NCBI GenBank assembly: GCA_046331265.1
Contig: JAXLRE010000005.1
Span: 58,264 to 122,263 of the forward strand
DNA: 64,000 bases
Direction: 5' to 3'
From: Acidimicrobiia bacterium
GTDB lineage: Bacteria > Actinomycetota > Acidimicrobiia > IMCC26256 > JAGPDB01
Below, piece after piece: positions 8,934-18,499 of this stretch (position 1 is its first letter; every line of letters starts with the position of its first letter). Below the pieces are notes generated by a model. That model did no database searches. It was not told the origin of the DNA and was given only the letters and a program-made list of their open reading frames with translations. Both the position numbers and the translations under genes were made by a program.

Positions 8934-10718
8934 TTATTCAACTACTTCTCCACCAAACATTGAAACAACTTCTTCGACTGGATCGTATTCTTTAGATTCT
9001 TCAAGCATTTTGTCTTCAGATATTTCTTCTTCTGTATCTGCTTGTTCTTTTTTTGCATGCCCTGCTTCAACTTTAAATTTAAATTCTTGCCCATGAATGC
9101 TTTCAAGGAATCCTCTAATTAATGATGCATCTTTTTTAAATCGAGATTTAACTTCTTCTAAGTCGTCAGTGCTAACTCCAAAAGTTAAAACATCACCACG
9201 TAAACTTATTGGTTCTGTTTTCTTTATTGACTCCTGGGAAGCAACGCTTAGTAATCCAACAACTTTCGGCCAGGATGCTGAAACATCATGGAGTGTTACC
9301 TTTTTAGATGGAACAGCTTGCACTGGTTCAGCATTTTTTTCAACGCTTTTTACACTTGTCGGAGTTTGAGATTTCAGTGCGCCCAAAGTTTTTTTAGGAG
9401 ATGTCCTAGATTCGCTAGGGTCAACCCCTCCAAGGTTATCGCGAACATCTGCAGCGAGTGAGGAGACTTTAGGCTCCGATCGTCCCGAAGGGCGCGAAGC
9501 AGAGAGCGATGAGCTTGGAGGGGTTGACCCTGCATGAGCAGGAGTGGTAGACCCAGCATAAGCAGGAGTGGTTGATCCTGCATGAGCAGGAGATGTAGAA
9601 ACTGCTCTTTGCTCTGAATCTGGCATAGACGCAAGTAAAGCTACTTCTACATTAAGTAATGGATTCAGTGTTGCTGTACCACGCATGTCGGCAACTGCTT
9701 TTCCTAATTTAAGAATTAGTTGTCTCAAAAAGTTAACCCCACATTTTTCGCCAACATTTTTTAACTCGTCTTTATCGCTGTAGTTACACAATAAAATTGA
9801 CGCAGAGGGATTAAGCGAAAGTATAAGACAGTCACGTGAAACATTAATAATATTTTCAACAATCGCACGCGGTTCTTTTCCTCCATTAGTTAACTTGTGT
9901 AATGAATTGAACACTCCAGCAGTATCACCAGTACATGCACATACAATTAAATCTAAAATTACAGGCACATCGTCCGAAGCATTTAACGATTCGAGTTCAG
10001 ATAAGGTACTGACATCTAAAGCAAGGACTTGATCTAAATATGAAAGAGTATCTCTTACAGAACCAGCACCTTTTTTAACTACAAAATCTATAGCATCATC
10101 ATCTAATGTTTTTTCTTCCCAACTCAAAATATCTTTTACATGTTCCGCTAATTTTTCTTCATTAGGTGAAACAAATTCGTAGTGTTGTGTTCTTGAACGA
10201 ATTGTAGGCAAAACTTTTTCAGGATTGGTTGTAGCTAAAACAAAAACAACATGTTCAGGAGGTTCTTCCAATGTTTTCAATAATGCGTTACTTGCTCTAC
10301 CTGTAAGCTCATGAACTTCGTCAATAATATAAACTTTGGTTCCACCAGCTGCAGACGTATAACTAACTTTTTCGATTAATTCGCGCATATCGTCAACACC
10401 GTTATTACTTGCAGCGTCAAGCTCGATAACGTCAAACGAATTTCCGGCTCTGGTTGCTATACAATTTTCGCATTCTCCACATGGCTCTATCTCTTCACTT
10501 GTAGCCGGAAAACCATCTTTAAAATTATGACAATTAAGCACTGCACCCAATATTCGTGCAGTTGAAGTTTTTCCTGTACCTCGTGTTCCTGAAAAAAGAT
10601 AAGCATGCGATAGTCGATTTTGGCTAATGGCATTTTGTAGGGCTAACGCAATATGTTCTTGCCCAACAAGTTCAACAAACCTTTGAGGCCTATATTTTCT
10701 ATACAAAGATGCCGCCAT
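8934..10718 (-). CDS. dnaX: DNA polymerase III subunit gamma/tau
   Basis: 'GTRGTGKTSTARIL' Walker A, 'CGECENC' zinc module, 'IIDEVH', 'TIRSRTQ'. Ser/Thr/Pro/Ala-rich linker containing a tandem repeat. Confidence 0.95.
   Translation of the reverse strand: MAASLYRKYRPQRFVELVGQEHIALALQNAISQNRLSHAYLFSGTRGTGKTSTARILGAVLNCHNFKDGFPATSEEIEPCGECENCIATRAGNSFDVIELDAASNNGVDDMRELIEKVSYTSAAGGTKVYIIDEVHELTGRASNALLKTLEEPPEHVVFVLATTNPEKVLPTIRSRTQHYEFVSPNEEKLAEHVKDILSWEEKTLDDDAIDFVVKKGAGSVRDTLSYLDQVLALDVSTLSELESLNASDDVPVILDLIVCACTGDTAGVFNSLHKLTNGGKEPRAIVENIINVSRDCLILSLNPSASILLCNYSDKDELKNVGEKCGVNFLRQLILKLGKAVADMRGTATLNPLLNVEVALLASMPDSEQRAVSTSPAHAGSTTPAYAGSTTPAHAGSTPPSSSLSASRPSGRSEPKVSSLAADVRDNLGGVDPSESRTSPKKTLGALKSQTPTSVKSVEKNAEPVQAVPSKKVTLHDVSASWPKVVGLLSVASQESIKKTEPISLRGDVLTFGVSTDDLEEVKSRFKKDASLIRGFLESIHGQEFKFKVEAGHAKKEQADTEEEISEDKMLEESKEYDPVEEVVSMFGGEVVE
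9526..9597. repeat. 3 x 24-nt imperfect tandem repeat inside the dnaX linker
   Basis: GACCCTGCATGAGCAGGAGTGGTA / GACCCAGCATAAGCAGGAGTGGTT / GATCCTGCATGAGCAGGAGATGTA. Encodes 'AHAGSTTP AYAGSTTP AHAGSTPP' on the minus strand. Confidence 0.85.
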
Positions 10719-10841
10719 AAGATAAAGGTTACACCAAGCACAATCATATAAACCAAAGACGTTGAAAAATGTTAGAAAAATATAGCGACAAAGACTATGT
10801 AGAGGTTATAGAGTAGAAAGTTGAAATTTTTTAGGAATATT

Positions 10842-12608
10842 ATGCTGTCTAAACAAAAGAAAACAGATCAAAGCTTTGCTGCACTGCGTTCTCTAATGTG
10901 GCGCTATAAATGGCGTTTTGCCTTTGTTGACTTCATGCGGATCATATCTAGCGTCTCGATTACTTTCGTCCCTTACGTTTTTGCGCAACTAGCAACATCA
11001 GGAAACGATAAAAACCGTGCCTTTACGATGATTATTTTAATTTTTGTTTTAAATACTTTCCATTGGGGAACATGGCATATTGGTGATTACTTCTTCGTTC
11101 AGTTTGTCGCACCAACATTTTATGAATTCAAAAAAATTTCTTTCGCAATGTTTTGGGACAAACAGTACCGTGAGTTTATTGAAAAACCTTCAGGAAAAGT
11201 TGGCCACTACACAAATGAATTAAGAAATAAAATTCGAGACATTCACGACTCATACCATTATGGCTTCTTGCCAATCGCTAGTGCAATACCTATCTATATA
11301 GTTTTATTTTATAAAGCAGCTTGGAGAGCATCTGTTATCTATGGAATATTCTTAATAGTCGCTTTAATTATCTTGCTAGTCATGGCTAGGCCTATGCGTG
11401 CTTACCAACGTAAAACTACTGATGCAGAATCATCTAATGCTGGCCGCGTGTTTGATTCTTACGCAAACTTTGTAAATGTATTTTCTTTTAGAGCACAACG
11501 TAAAGAAGTTGATCGTAATAATGCACAGGTCTCACATTTAAATAAAACAGATATTAAAGCTGGATATCGCATAATGAATTACTGGACTTCTGCGAGTGCA
11601 TTAATTCGTTTAGGTCTTTGGAGCAGCATTCTTTTTTATAGTTGGCATATGTATTCAATAGGAAAAACTTCCTTCGCTTCATTAATTGTTGCAGTAAGTG
11701 TACTCTTCGACTTTACTGCTCAATATTGGAACCTTGTTCACCACATAGGTATGTGGAATCGTAACAGCTCTTCTTTTAGAGAGGCATACAACTACCTTTT
11801 TGGGGATAGAAATGTTGTAAAAGAATTCTATTCATCAACAAGAAGATTTGATTCAGTTAACAAACTTAAATTAAACGACAAACTTGAAATACGAGATCTC
11901 ACTTTCGCATACCCAGATGCACCAGGGAACCCTGTATTAAAAAATATAAATATCAGCGTCGCAAAAAACGAAAAAATAGGTATTGTAGGAAAGAGTGGAT
12001 CAGGAAAATCTACACTTATAAAAATACTGCTTGGCTTTTATCCTGTAACCAGTGGTGAAATTCTTGTTGATAACAACTGTGTCCAAACACGAGACCTTGC
12101 TCAACTTTATGCATACGTACCTCAAGATACAACTTTGTTTCAAGAATCGATTTACTACAACATTGCCTATGCATCAATTAACGAACCAACAAAAGAACAA
12201 GTATATGAAGCTGCAGAAAAAGCCCATATAAGTGAATTTATCGAGTCGTTGCCAAAAGGATATGACACACTCGTTGGTGAACGTGGAGTTAAGTTGAGTT
12301 TGGGTCAGCGTCAGCGTATTGCAATTGCGCGTGCATTCTTAAAACAATCAGATTTGCTTATCCTGGACGAAGCAACTTCTTCACTTGATTCAAAAACGGA
12401 AACATACGTGCAAGAGTCATTTGAAAAGTTATGGGGAGAAAAATCTGTTATAGCTATTGCGCATAGATTGTCTACATTAAATAATGTAGATCGAATTATT
12501 GTTATGTCTAAAGGCGAGATTGTTGAGCAAGGAACTAAACAAGAGCTCCTTGACTTAAACGGATATTTCGCAGATCTTTGGAATCACCAACGTAAAGGAA
12601 TGATTTAG
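10842..12608 (+). CDS. ABC exporter, fused permease/ATP-binding protein
   Basis: N-terminal 6-TM region. NBD has 'GKSGSGKST', signature 'LSLGQRQR' and Walker B 'LLILDEATS'. ATG 10842 has AGGAA upstream; the ORF is open from TTG 10821. Confidence 0.9.
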   Translation: MLSKQKKTDQSFAALRSLMWRYKWRFAFVDFMRIISSVSITFVPYVFAQLATSGNDKNRAFTMIILIFVLNTFHWGTWHIGDYFFVQFVAPTFYEFKKISFAMFWDKQYREFIEKPSGKVGHYTNELRNKIRDIHDSYHYGFLPIASAIPIYIVLFYKAAWRASVIYGIFLIVALIILLVMARPMRAYQRKTTDAESSNAGRVFDSYANFVNVFSFRAQRKEVDRNNAQVSHLNKTDIKAGYRIMNYWTSASALIRLGLWSSILFYSWHMYSIGKTSFASLIVAVSVLFDFTAQYWNLVHHIGMWNRNSSSFREAYNYLFGDRNVVKEFYSSTRRFDSVNKLKLNDKLEIRDLTFAYPDAPGNPVLKNINISVAKNEKIGIVGKSGSGKSTLIKILLGFYPVTSGEILVDNNCVQTRDLAQLYAYVPQDTTLFQESIYYNIAYASINEPTKEQVYEAAEKAHISEFIESLPKGYDTLVGERGVKLSLGQRQRIAIARAFLKQSDLLILDEATSSLDSKTETYVQESFEKLWGEKSVIAIAHRLSTLNNVDRIIVMSKGEIVEQGTKQELLDLNGYFADLWNHQRKGMI

Positions 12609-12619
12609 CTCCATCCATC

Positions 12620-12680
12620 TCATCGGTGTTAGGTCGAAAAACTATCCAAACTCCATATTTTTGCCCCCCAACACCGATGA
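12620..12680. repeat. Degenerate member of the GTGTTGGGTCGAAAAAC palindromic element family
   Basis: Outer stem TCATCGGTGTT / AACACCGATGA. Left arm GTGTTAGGTCGAAAAACTATC, right arm a diverged complement. Lies between convergent genes. Confidence 0.7.
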
Positions 12681-12682
12681 GT

Positions 12683-13234
12683 TTAATCTTCTAATCCCAT
12701 TCGAGGTTGAAGACCTGTAGTTGCATGCATTGCACCACTTGCTCGGTCTCTTTGAATTCTTTCTAGTCGTGGAAATTCTGGAAAGTCAGTTCCATCTCCA
12801 GAGTCGAGCCAAGCTGCAATAGCTTGTGCTTCCTCGGTTGCATCTTTTCTGTCCAGCCCTATGTATGCACTTTCCATGCTCTCATTGAATTTAAGAATTT
12901 CTTTATTGTCACGCGCAACATCAACTAGTAATTCAACAGCTTCAACAGTTTGATTTAATTTACAAAGAGTAAGAATCAATAGACCAAAGTTCGGATTTGA
13001 AGCAAGCGCTTGAGAATTATATTTTGCTAAATCTTTTAGAACTGCATGTGTCTCTTGTGTTTGTTCTGCAAAATTTAGATATAAAACCATATCTGGCAAA
13101 TTCGCGTCTGCTGCTAACTGATCTCCGCGCGCAATCGATTCGTGCCTAAATAATTTAAGAGCTTCATCGCCTTTATATTCAAGACGACACAGCTCATAAA
13201 TCTGCTGCGCTAACTCGCTAAATCGATCCATCAA
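12683..13234 (-). CDS. Hypothetical protein (helical, acidic)
   Basis: 183-aa ORF with no recognised family. Probably co-transcribed with 13276..14604. Confidence 0.5.
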   Translation of the reverse strand: MMDRFSELAQQIYELCRLEYKGDEALKLFRHESIARGDQLAADANLPDMVLYLNFAEQTQETHAVLKDLAKYNSQALASNPNFGLLILTLCKLNQTVEAVELLVDVARDNKEILKFNESMESAYIGLDRKDATEEAQAIAAWLDSGDGTDFPEFPRLERIQRDRASGAMHATTGLQPRMGLED

Positions 13235-13275
13235 TTTTGATTATAAAACGATGTACAAATATCTACAATAAATAT

Positions 13276-14604
13276 TTATCTATCTAGCTGAATTCCTACA
13301 CCTATGAGGGCACGAGGATGATTCGGGGCAAAGGCAAAAGTATCTTCTGGTCGCAATCTGTTGATTTCTAGCATACTTTGCAACATAACCGGCCTTAATC
13401 TTTCATCTTCAATACATGAATCGAAGAACGCTAGATGAAGTTCTGCAGATAATGTTTCATCGCCAACTGAAAGATCACTTAATCGTTTTATCTCTTCACA
13501 GGCTTTTGGACTTCGTCGCGCGAAAAAACGGTCTGCAAATTTATTAATGGCCTGTGCAATAGTTATGTGGGGTAAATCACCATGATCTATTCCAAAGGTA
13601 GATTCAAATATTTCTTCTACCAACTCTTTCGATTTTCTAAAGACTACGTCTAGCAAAGAAACCTGTTTTGCATATGCAATTGTTGAATTGTTCCCTGCAA
13701 CGTAATTTAAATATGACATAAAAGCGTTATGCGTCCATGTCCCTATCATGTCTGCTGCAATTTTGTCGTCATCATCAACCGAAAAAGCTCTTATCAAACC
13801 TGAATCAATAGACAAGTCTTTTGCATCTGCACCAAAATTAATTCTGAAATTCAGTGAAGCATTAAGCACAGAGTCAGCAATACATAAATCAGATATACCT
13901 TGGGCTATTTGATCTATCGAGTAGCCTTCAGATAGCGCCTTTGATACGAGTAAAGAGTTAATAAATATAGTTGGGGCAGCATCGATATCTCCTTCATCAT
14001 TCGATCTTGGAGCCATCATTACAAAGTTATATTTAATTCCGTATTCTTCTGGAAGTCTCCCTAGTGATACTTCATCATAATAAGTGATTGGAGCTAGCGC
14101 TGCAGCGTTTTGTTCTATTAATTTGTTGGCAAAAAAGCCGCCTAAATTTTGTTCATCCCATTCTTCAAAAGTTTGCTTTCCGTTTGATCTTTTTGCAAAA
14201 CGTTTTCGAAAGAATGTTTCTAAATTGTCATTTAATCTTTTTGCTTGAATAATTACTTGCGCTTGAAGCACATCACGAAAAGCTTCTGTAAATTCACTAT
14301 GAAGCTGTATTGCTTTTTTAGGATTAGGAGTTGGATCACCACAAAGCAATTCCATCTCAACGCAAAATGCTTCACGCAATGCTAAGTAATAACTATCTAA
14401 GTCATAACGTGGTTCGAAAATTTCTAAACCAGGAACTCTATATTCTTGAACTTTTTTCCATTGGGACCGAGTCCATTGTTTATAACCTAAAGATTCGTAG
14501 ACTTGATCTTCTAAACTCGGATTACTCGGCTGGACTCTTCCATTTGCCGATCTTTTTCTCGGATCACCAGAACTTTTTCCGCCATTTTTCTTCTTCCCTG
14601 ACAC
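13276..14604 (-). CDS. Hypothetical protein with basic disordered N-terminus
   Basis: 442-aa ORF starting 'MSGKKKNGGKSSGDPRKRS'. No recognised catalytic motif. Confidence 0.55.
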   Translation of the reverse strand: MSGKKKNGGKSSGDPRKRSANGRVQPSNPSLEDQVYESLGYKQWTRSQWKKVQEYRVPGLEIFEPRYDLDSYYLALREAFCVEMELLCGDPTPNPKKAIQLHSEFTEAFRDVLQAQVIIQAKRLNDNLETFFRKRFAKRSNGKQTFEEWDEQNLGGFFANKLIEQNAAALAPITYYDEVSLGRLPEEYGIKYNFVMMAPRSNDEGDIDAAPTIFINSLLVSKALSEGYSIDQIAQGISDLCIADSVLNASLNFRINFGADAKDLSIDSGLIRAFSVDDDDKIAADMIGTWTHNAFMSYLNYVAGNNSTIAYAKQVSLLDVVFRKSKELVEEIFESTFGIDHGDLPHITIAQAINKFADRFFARRSPKACEEIKRLSDLSVGDETLSAELHLAFFDSCIEDERLRPVMLQSMLEINRLRPEDTFAFAPNHPRALIGVGIQLDR

Positions 14605-14718
14605 CAGAATATTTTAATAAATTTGGTACATAATTAGCAATATGCACAGTTATCGGTGAATTTACATATTTATGACGATTTAACTACACTTATCCCTTCT
14701 TAATAAAAAGGAACTGAA

Positions 14719-15567
14719 TTGAAAACAAGAACAATAAAAGCTATTGCTACTGCATTTGCGCTGAGCGTTTTACCTGCGTGCAGTCACACTGGTAGCTCGA
14801 TTGATCCAAATAGAAATGATGATACGACATTAACAACAGATGGCAATCCAAATGACACCACTCGTTCAGAAACAGGTGGATCATGGGAAATGGCTTGCAC
14901 TGATGGAGTGCGGGTAACTTTTAATGGCGGGCTCAAAGGCAATATAACAGTTGCAGATTTACCTGCAGAAGGCATACACACATACGAAGAGGATGTAGAT
15001 CATTTTAATGCTGTAGCTAATGTAATCATTCCAGTTACTCCTGATACAAGTGATTCAGCATTGAACTCAATTAATAATGGAGCAGAAATAAATGCATATG
15101 GGTACCAAACTTCCCGCATGCTTCTTTTTGATCCAAAGACAAGAACAACAGACGGCAGCGGACAATGGGCGGTGACAATTCCAACTCTGGCTAACGGGAA
15201 CCAGCTCTCAAGATTTTCTTTTTACGGCATAAGAAATTTATTTACAGATTCTGCACCTAAGGGCAACGAACAAGTAGGTGAAAAATATGAAGCACCTGGA
15301 CAAAACTTCGTTATGGTAATTGACTCAGAAAAGAAAGATGCTTTGGCTCTTATTCATATTCCTAAAGATCCGAAATCAAGCACTGGCAGAGCAAACAAAG
15401 CAGAAACCGTTTATCTAGATGACAAGACAAAGGAACATCCTTTAACTTTGACTTTTGATATACCTGGACCAAATGGCGCACCTAGTTCTGTAAACTGTGA
15501 CTTTTACTCCTTTAAAAAAGATCAAGCAGCTCCCCCAACAGTCAGCAGAGGTCCTTTAACTATCTAA
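14719..15567 (+). CDS. Putative lipoprotein
   Basis: Signal peptide with lipobox 'LPAC'. TTG start. Confidence 0.6.
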   Translation: MKTRTIKAIATAFALSVLPACSHTGSSIDPNRNDDTTLTTDGNPNDTTRSETGGSWEMACTDGVRVTFNGGLKGNITVADLPAEGIHTYEEDVDHFNAVANVIIPVTPDTSDSALNSINNGAEINAYGYQTSRMLLFDPKTRTTDGSGQWAVTIPTLANGNQLSRFSFYGIRNLFTDSAPKGNEQVGEKYEAPGQNFVMVIDSEKKDALALIHIPKDPKSSTGRANKAETVYLDDKTKEHPLTLTFDIPGPNGAPSSVNCDFYSFKKDQAAPPTVSRGPLTI

Positions 15568-15586
15568 ATAGTTTTCAATGTTTGAG

Positions 15587-15634
15587 GTGTTGGGTCGAAA
15601 AACTATCGATTTTCGATAGTTTTCGACCCAACAC
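15587..15634. repeat. Palindromic element, A-core-A' form
   Basis: GTGTTGGGTCGAAAAACTATCGA-TTT-TCGATAGTTTTCGACCCAACAC with a one-base bulge. Lies between convergent lipoprotein genes. Confidence 0.9.
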
Positions 15635-15645
15635 GGAAAGAAAAG

Positions 15646-16596
15646 TTAGCTTTGCAACCTTGAAAGCATGTCTTGTTGCACTTGAGCATCATATTGTTTT
15701 TGCGTAACAATCTTGTCCGCAGGAGGAAGTTCAACTTTCACATCGACTCCCCAATTTGTAAATAATATTTCAAACTCTGAATCAAACGCCGCTTTAGAAT
15801 CTTGCGTTAATCCGCTTGTAAATGCACCGACGTTTATATTTGTTTTTAATTTCATTTTTACGGGTCGCTCATCTGATCCAACCCACACATCTACAGGAAT
15901 ATCTGATATTCCTTTTTTGTATGCTGATTTTATTTTTTCGTAATCAGAATCTGACACACCTTGGTCGTTATAGAAATTTTTCCACTCTTTAGAATCAAAC
16001 TTTTTGATTATGTCATTGGATTTTATCGTTGCTTTGTAATGAGTTGTTTCGACACCATTCACAGTTTCCTTTCCAACCTTTTTCACGTCACCACTTGTAG
16101 CTTTTAGATACTGAAGGTACTGATTTGGATTTTGAGATTGCTGTGCTTCCAAAAATTGACTGATGTCTGTTTTAACCCAATATTCTTTTCCACTACCGAA
16201 CAGGTCAGGGTTCCTGGTGTATGAAACGCCGTCTATGACTCTTTGTTCCATTGTGTAATTGCCACCAGATCCGAGCAAAGAACTAAAGCCACTGAGCAGT
16301 GAGCTCATATCGATATTAGTTACAGATGTTTTTCCATCTGCAGAGGTAGAACCATTCATTTTGATTGAACCATTAATATTTTGCCCAGCGATTTTTCCGC
16401 TTATCGTCGAGGTAGCTTCAAAGGAATACGACTTTGCTTTTTCTGAAGCATCAGCTGCAGCAGTTAATGCATTAATAGATGTTTTGCTTAAATTCGATTT
16501 TGATTCATTTGAATCAGATTTTTTATCGTTTGACCCACAAGCATTTAAGGCCATAACTACAACTATTAACGACAAAAGTAATTTAGTTTTATTCAT
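15646..16596 (-). CDS. Putative lipoprotein (possibly LolA/LppX-like fold)
   Basis: Signal peptide with lipobox 'LNAC', followed by a Ser/Asn/Lys-rich linker. The fold assignment is a guess. Confidence 0.55.
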   Translation of the reverse strand: MNKTKLLLSLIVVVMALNACGSNDKKSDSNESKSNLSKTSINALTAAADASEKAKSYSFEATSTISGKIAGQNINGSIKMNGSTSADGKTSVTNIDMSSLLSGFSSLLGSGGNYTMEQRVIDGVSYTRNPDLFGSGKEYWVKTDISQFLEAQQSQNPNQYLQYLKATSGDVKKVGKETVNGVETTHYKATIKSNDIIKKFDSKEWKNFYNDQGVSDSDYEKIKSAYKKGISDIPVDVWVGSDERPVKMKLKTNINVGAFTSGLTQDSKAAFDSEFEILFTNWGVDVKVELPPADKIVTQKQYDAQVQQDMLSRLQS

Positions 16597-16739
16597 GTAG
16601 GCATTATACTGCCATAATTTTTCAAAATATTTGTATGAAAACTTAGAAAGTAATCTTTTTTGTAGTGTCCCGTTTTAGGGCTTTTGTTCTTTATGCTGTT
16701 ATGCAATAATACGAATAACGCGAAAGTTTGTAGGACAAA

Positions 16740-17054
16740 GTGGAAACTCAACAGATTCAACAGCACATGGATGAAATTGTTAATCAAGAGACATTCTTAG
16801 CACGCGTATGTCAAGATCTCGGCGATCAAGTTCAATCCACATTAAATAATTCTGCTTATAGCTCGTTAATCGCACTGCTCGAAAAACCTGATGATATTCA
16901 AACAACAAATTGGAATTCGCAAGCAAGAAGACAAGCCGAAGGTATAGCTAGTCGATTAACAATGCTCGACACAATTTACACTTCTACCATGCGAACACGC
17001 GGAACAACTCTAATAGATAACTGTCGGGCCCAACAAGAACTTTACCAGAGGTAA
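16740..17054 (+). CDS. Small helical protein, weakly WXG100-like
   Basis: 104 aa, predicted helix-turn-helix hairpin size, central 'NWNSQA' rather than a true WxG. Stop lies 2 nt before the next start. GTG start after AGGACAAA. Confidence 0.45.
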   Translation: METQQIQQHMDEIVNQETFLARVCQDLGDQVQSTLNNSAYSSLIALLEKPDDIQTTNWNSQARRQAEGIASRLTMLDTIYTSTMRTRGTTLIDNCRAQQELYQR

Positions 17055-17056
17055 AT

Positions 17057-18493
17057 ATGCCTGAGAATTTATTTGCAGATATTTTTGACATTGATTGGCA
17101 TTCCACTATTGAACTTGGAAAAGCCAACAAAATGGAAGACTATAAGACCACTGCTATTGGTATATTTGAAAACTACAAAGAAAAATTTACGAATATTAAA
17201 AATGCACGTGAACAATTAATTCAAAGATTTGGTGAAGTAGCCACAGAAGCACAAACAAAAATAGATGAACTTTCTTATAGACAAAGATCAATTGGGGCAC
17301 TCCTGAATCAGTACAGACAAGACTCTCGAGATCTATCTCGCTCTATCAGAGACTCTATTGTTACAGATAATGCTGAATATCGCGCCATGGTAGCCCAATA
17401 CAGTCAAGCTCAAACAGCAATCGCAAATCAGCGAAATGCACTTGAAGCAATTGAAGTCGAAATGACACAACTTATTGGGATTAAAGATCTAGCAAATGCA
17501 AAAAAAGGAATCCACGAATCTGTTGTATCAAAGGATCAAAGTTCTATAGACGAAATTGAATTAATCATAGAACTGCTAAATCATGCACAAGGCTCAATAG
17601 AAGTTAGACAAAATCTGTACCGATTCATAATTAGATTTGGTGATGAACTAGAAGATACAGATAGTTTTTTTGGTTTTCAAATGCGTTTTAGTCAATTACG
17701 AAATTTCAGAGATCTCCTAGACGAATCATTATTAACAGTTGTCGACGGTGAAGATAACTTGCCATTCATGCTAGATGGAATTTCGCCCGATGATGTTCGA
17801 CAAGGAGTGGGCGTTGGAGACTGCTGGATTGTTTCAATTCTTTCTTCAATCGCACATGGAAATCCTGATTTAATACGAGACATTATCCAAGTAACTGGAC
17901 AGAATACATATCGTGTTCGTCTATATGATGTAGATGGAAACATCATATACGTTGACGTAACTCAACAAGATCTAGAAAACTTTAAAGATGCTAATGGAAA
18001 TAATGCATATCGAACTTCAGAAGAATGGGTGAGCGTAATCGAAGCAGCTCTTGCGAAAAGTGCCGCAATATATAATGACCCTGATCGAAGAGATGCTCCT
18101 TTGCCTAATGTAAATGGAGGAACCGAACAAGATCAAACAGATATTTATCGAGCATTAACAGGAAACGGTGCAGACGAAATTAGTTCAGGTGGAGAAAGCA
18201 TTGCTGAAAGCATATATCGTAGCGCTACTTTCGATGAAAGCGAATTTGCACAACGCGTAAATTCAGGTGGAGTTGTATGGGCCGGCACAGGTGGCGAAAA
18301 TTCAGATGCACCTCCAGGCTATGTCCCTAATCATGCATTTAGCGTAATAAGAGTCTTCGAAAGTGATGGAACGACATACGTTACACTTCGCAATCCTTGG
18401 GGTACAGGCGATAATACAGACAATGGCTATTTCACAATTACCATGGATGAATTTAGAGACTATTGGAATAGCATCTTTATAGGACAGGATTAA
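17057..18493 (+). CDS. Coiled-coil protein with C-terminal calpain-like (peptidase C2) cysteine protease domain
   Basis: 'DVRQGVGVGDCWIVSILSSIA' (Cys256), 'NHAFSVI' (His426) and 'LRNPWG' (Asn446) match the calpain motifs QGxLGDCW / HAYSV / RNPWG. The N-terminal ~240 aa are helical. Confidence 0.75.
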   Translation: MPENLFADIFDIDWHSTIELGKANKMEDYKTTAIGIFENYKEKFTNIKNAREQLIQRFGEVATEAQTKIDELSYRQRSIGALLNQYRQDSRDLSRSIRDSIVTDNAEYRAMVAQYSQAQTAIANQRNALEAIEVEMTQLIGIKDLANAKKGIHESVVSKDQSSIDEIELIIELLNHAQGSIEVRQNLYRFIIRFGDELEDTDSFFGFQMRFSQLRNFRDLLDESLLTVVDGEDNLPFMLDGISPDDVRQGVGVGDCWIVSILSSIAHGNPDLIRDIIQVTGQNTYRVRLYDVDGNIIYVDVTQQDLENFKDANGNNAYRTSEEWVSVIEAALAKSAAIYNDPDRRDAPLPNVNGGTEQDQTDIYRALTGNGADEISSGGESIAESIYRSATFDESEFAQRVNSGGVVWAGTGGENSDAPPGYVPNHAFSVIRVFESDGTTYVTLRNPWGTGDNTDNGYFTITMDEFRDYWNSIFIGQD

Positions 18494-18499
18494 TTAATA

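Noticed and set aside
8934-10718. Programmed -1 frameshift site in dnaX, suggested by the A-rich runs GTT AAA AAA GGT near 10.07 kb and TTT AAA AAA GAT near 9.13 kb
   Set aside because: Neither places an A AAA AAG heptamer in the required frame, and no obvious downstream stem-loop was seen. I cannot support a gamma-subunit frameshift.
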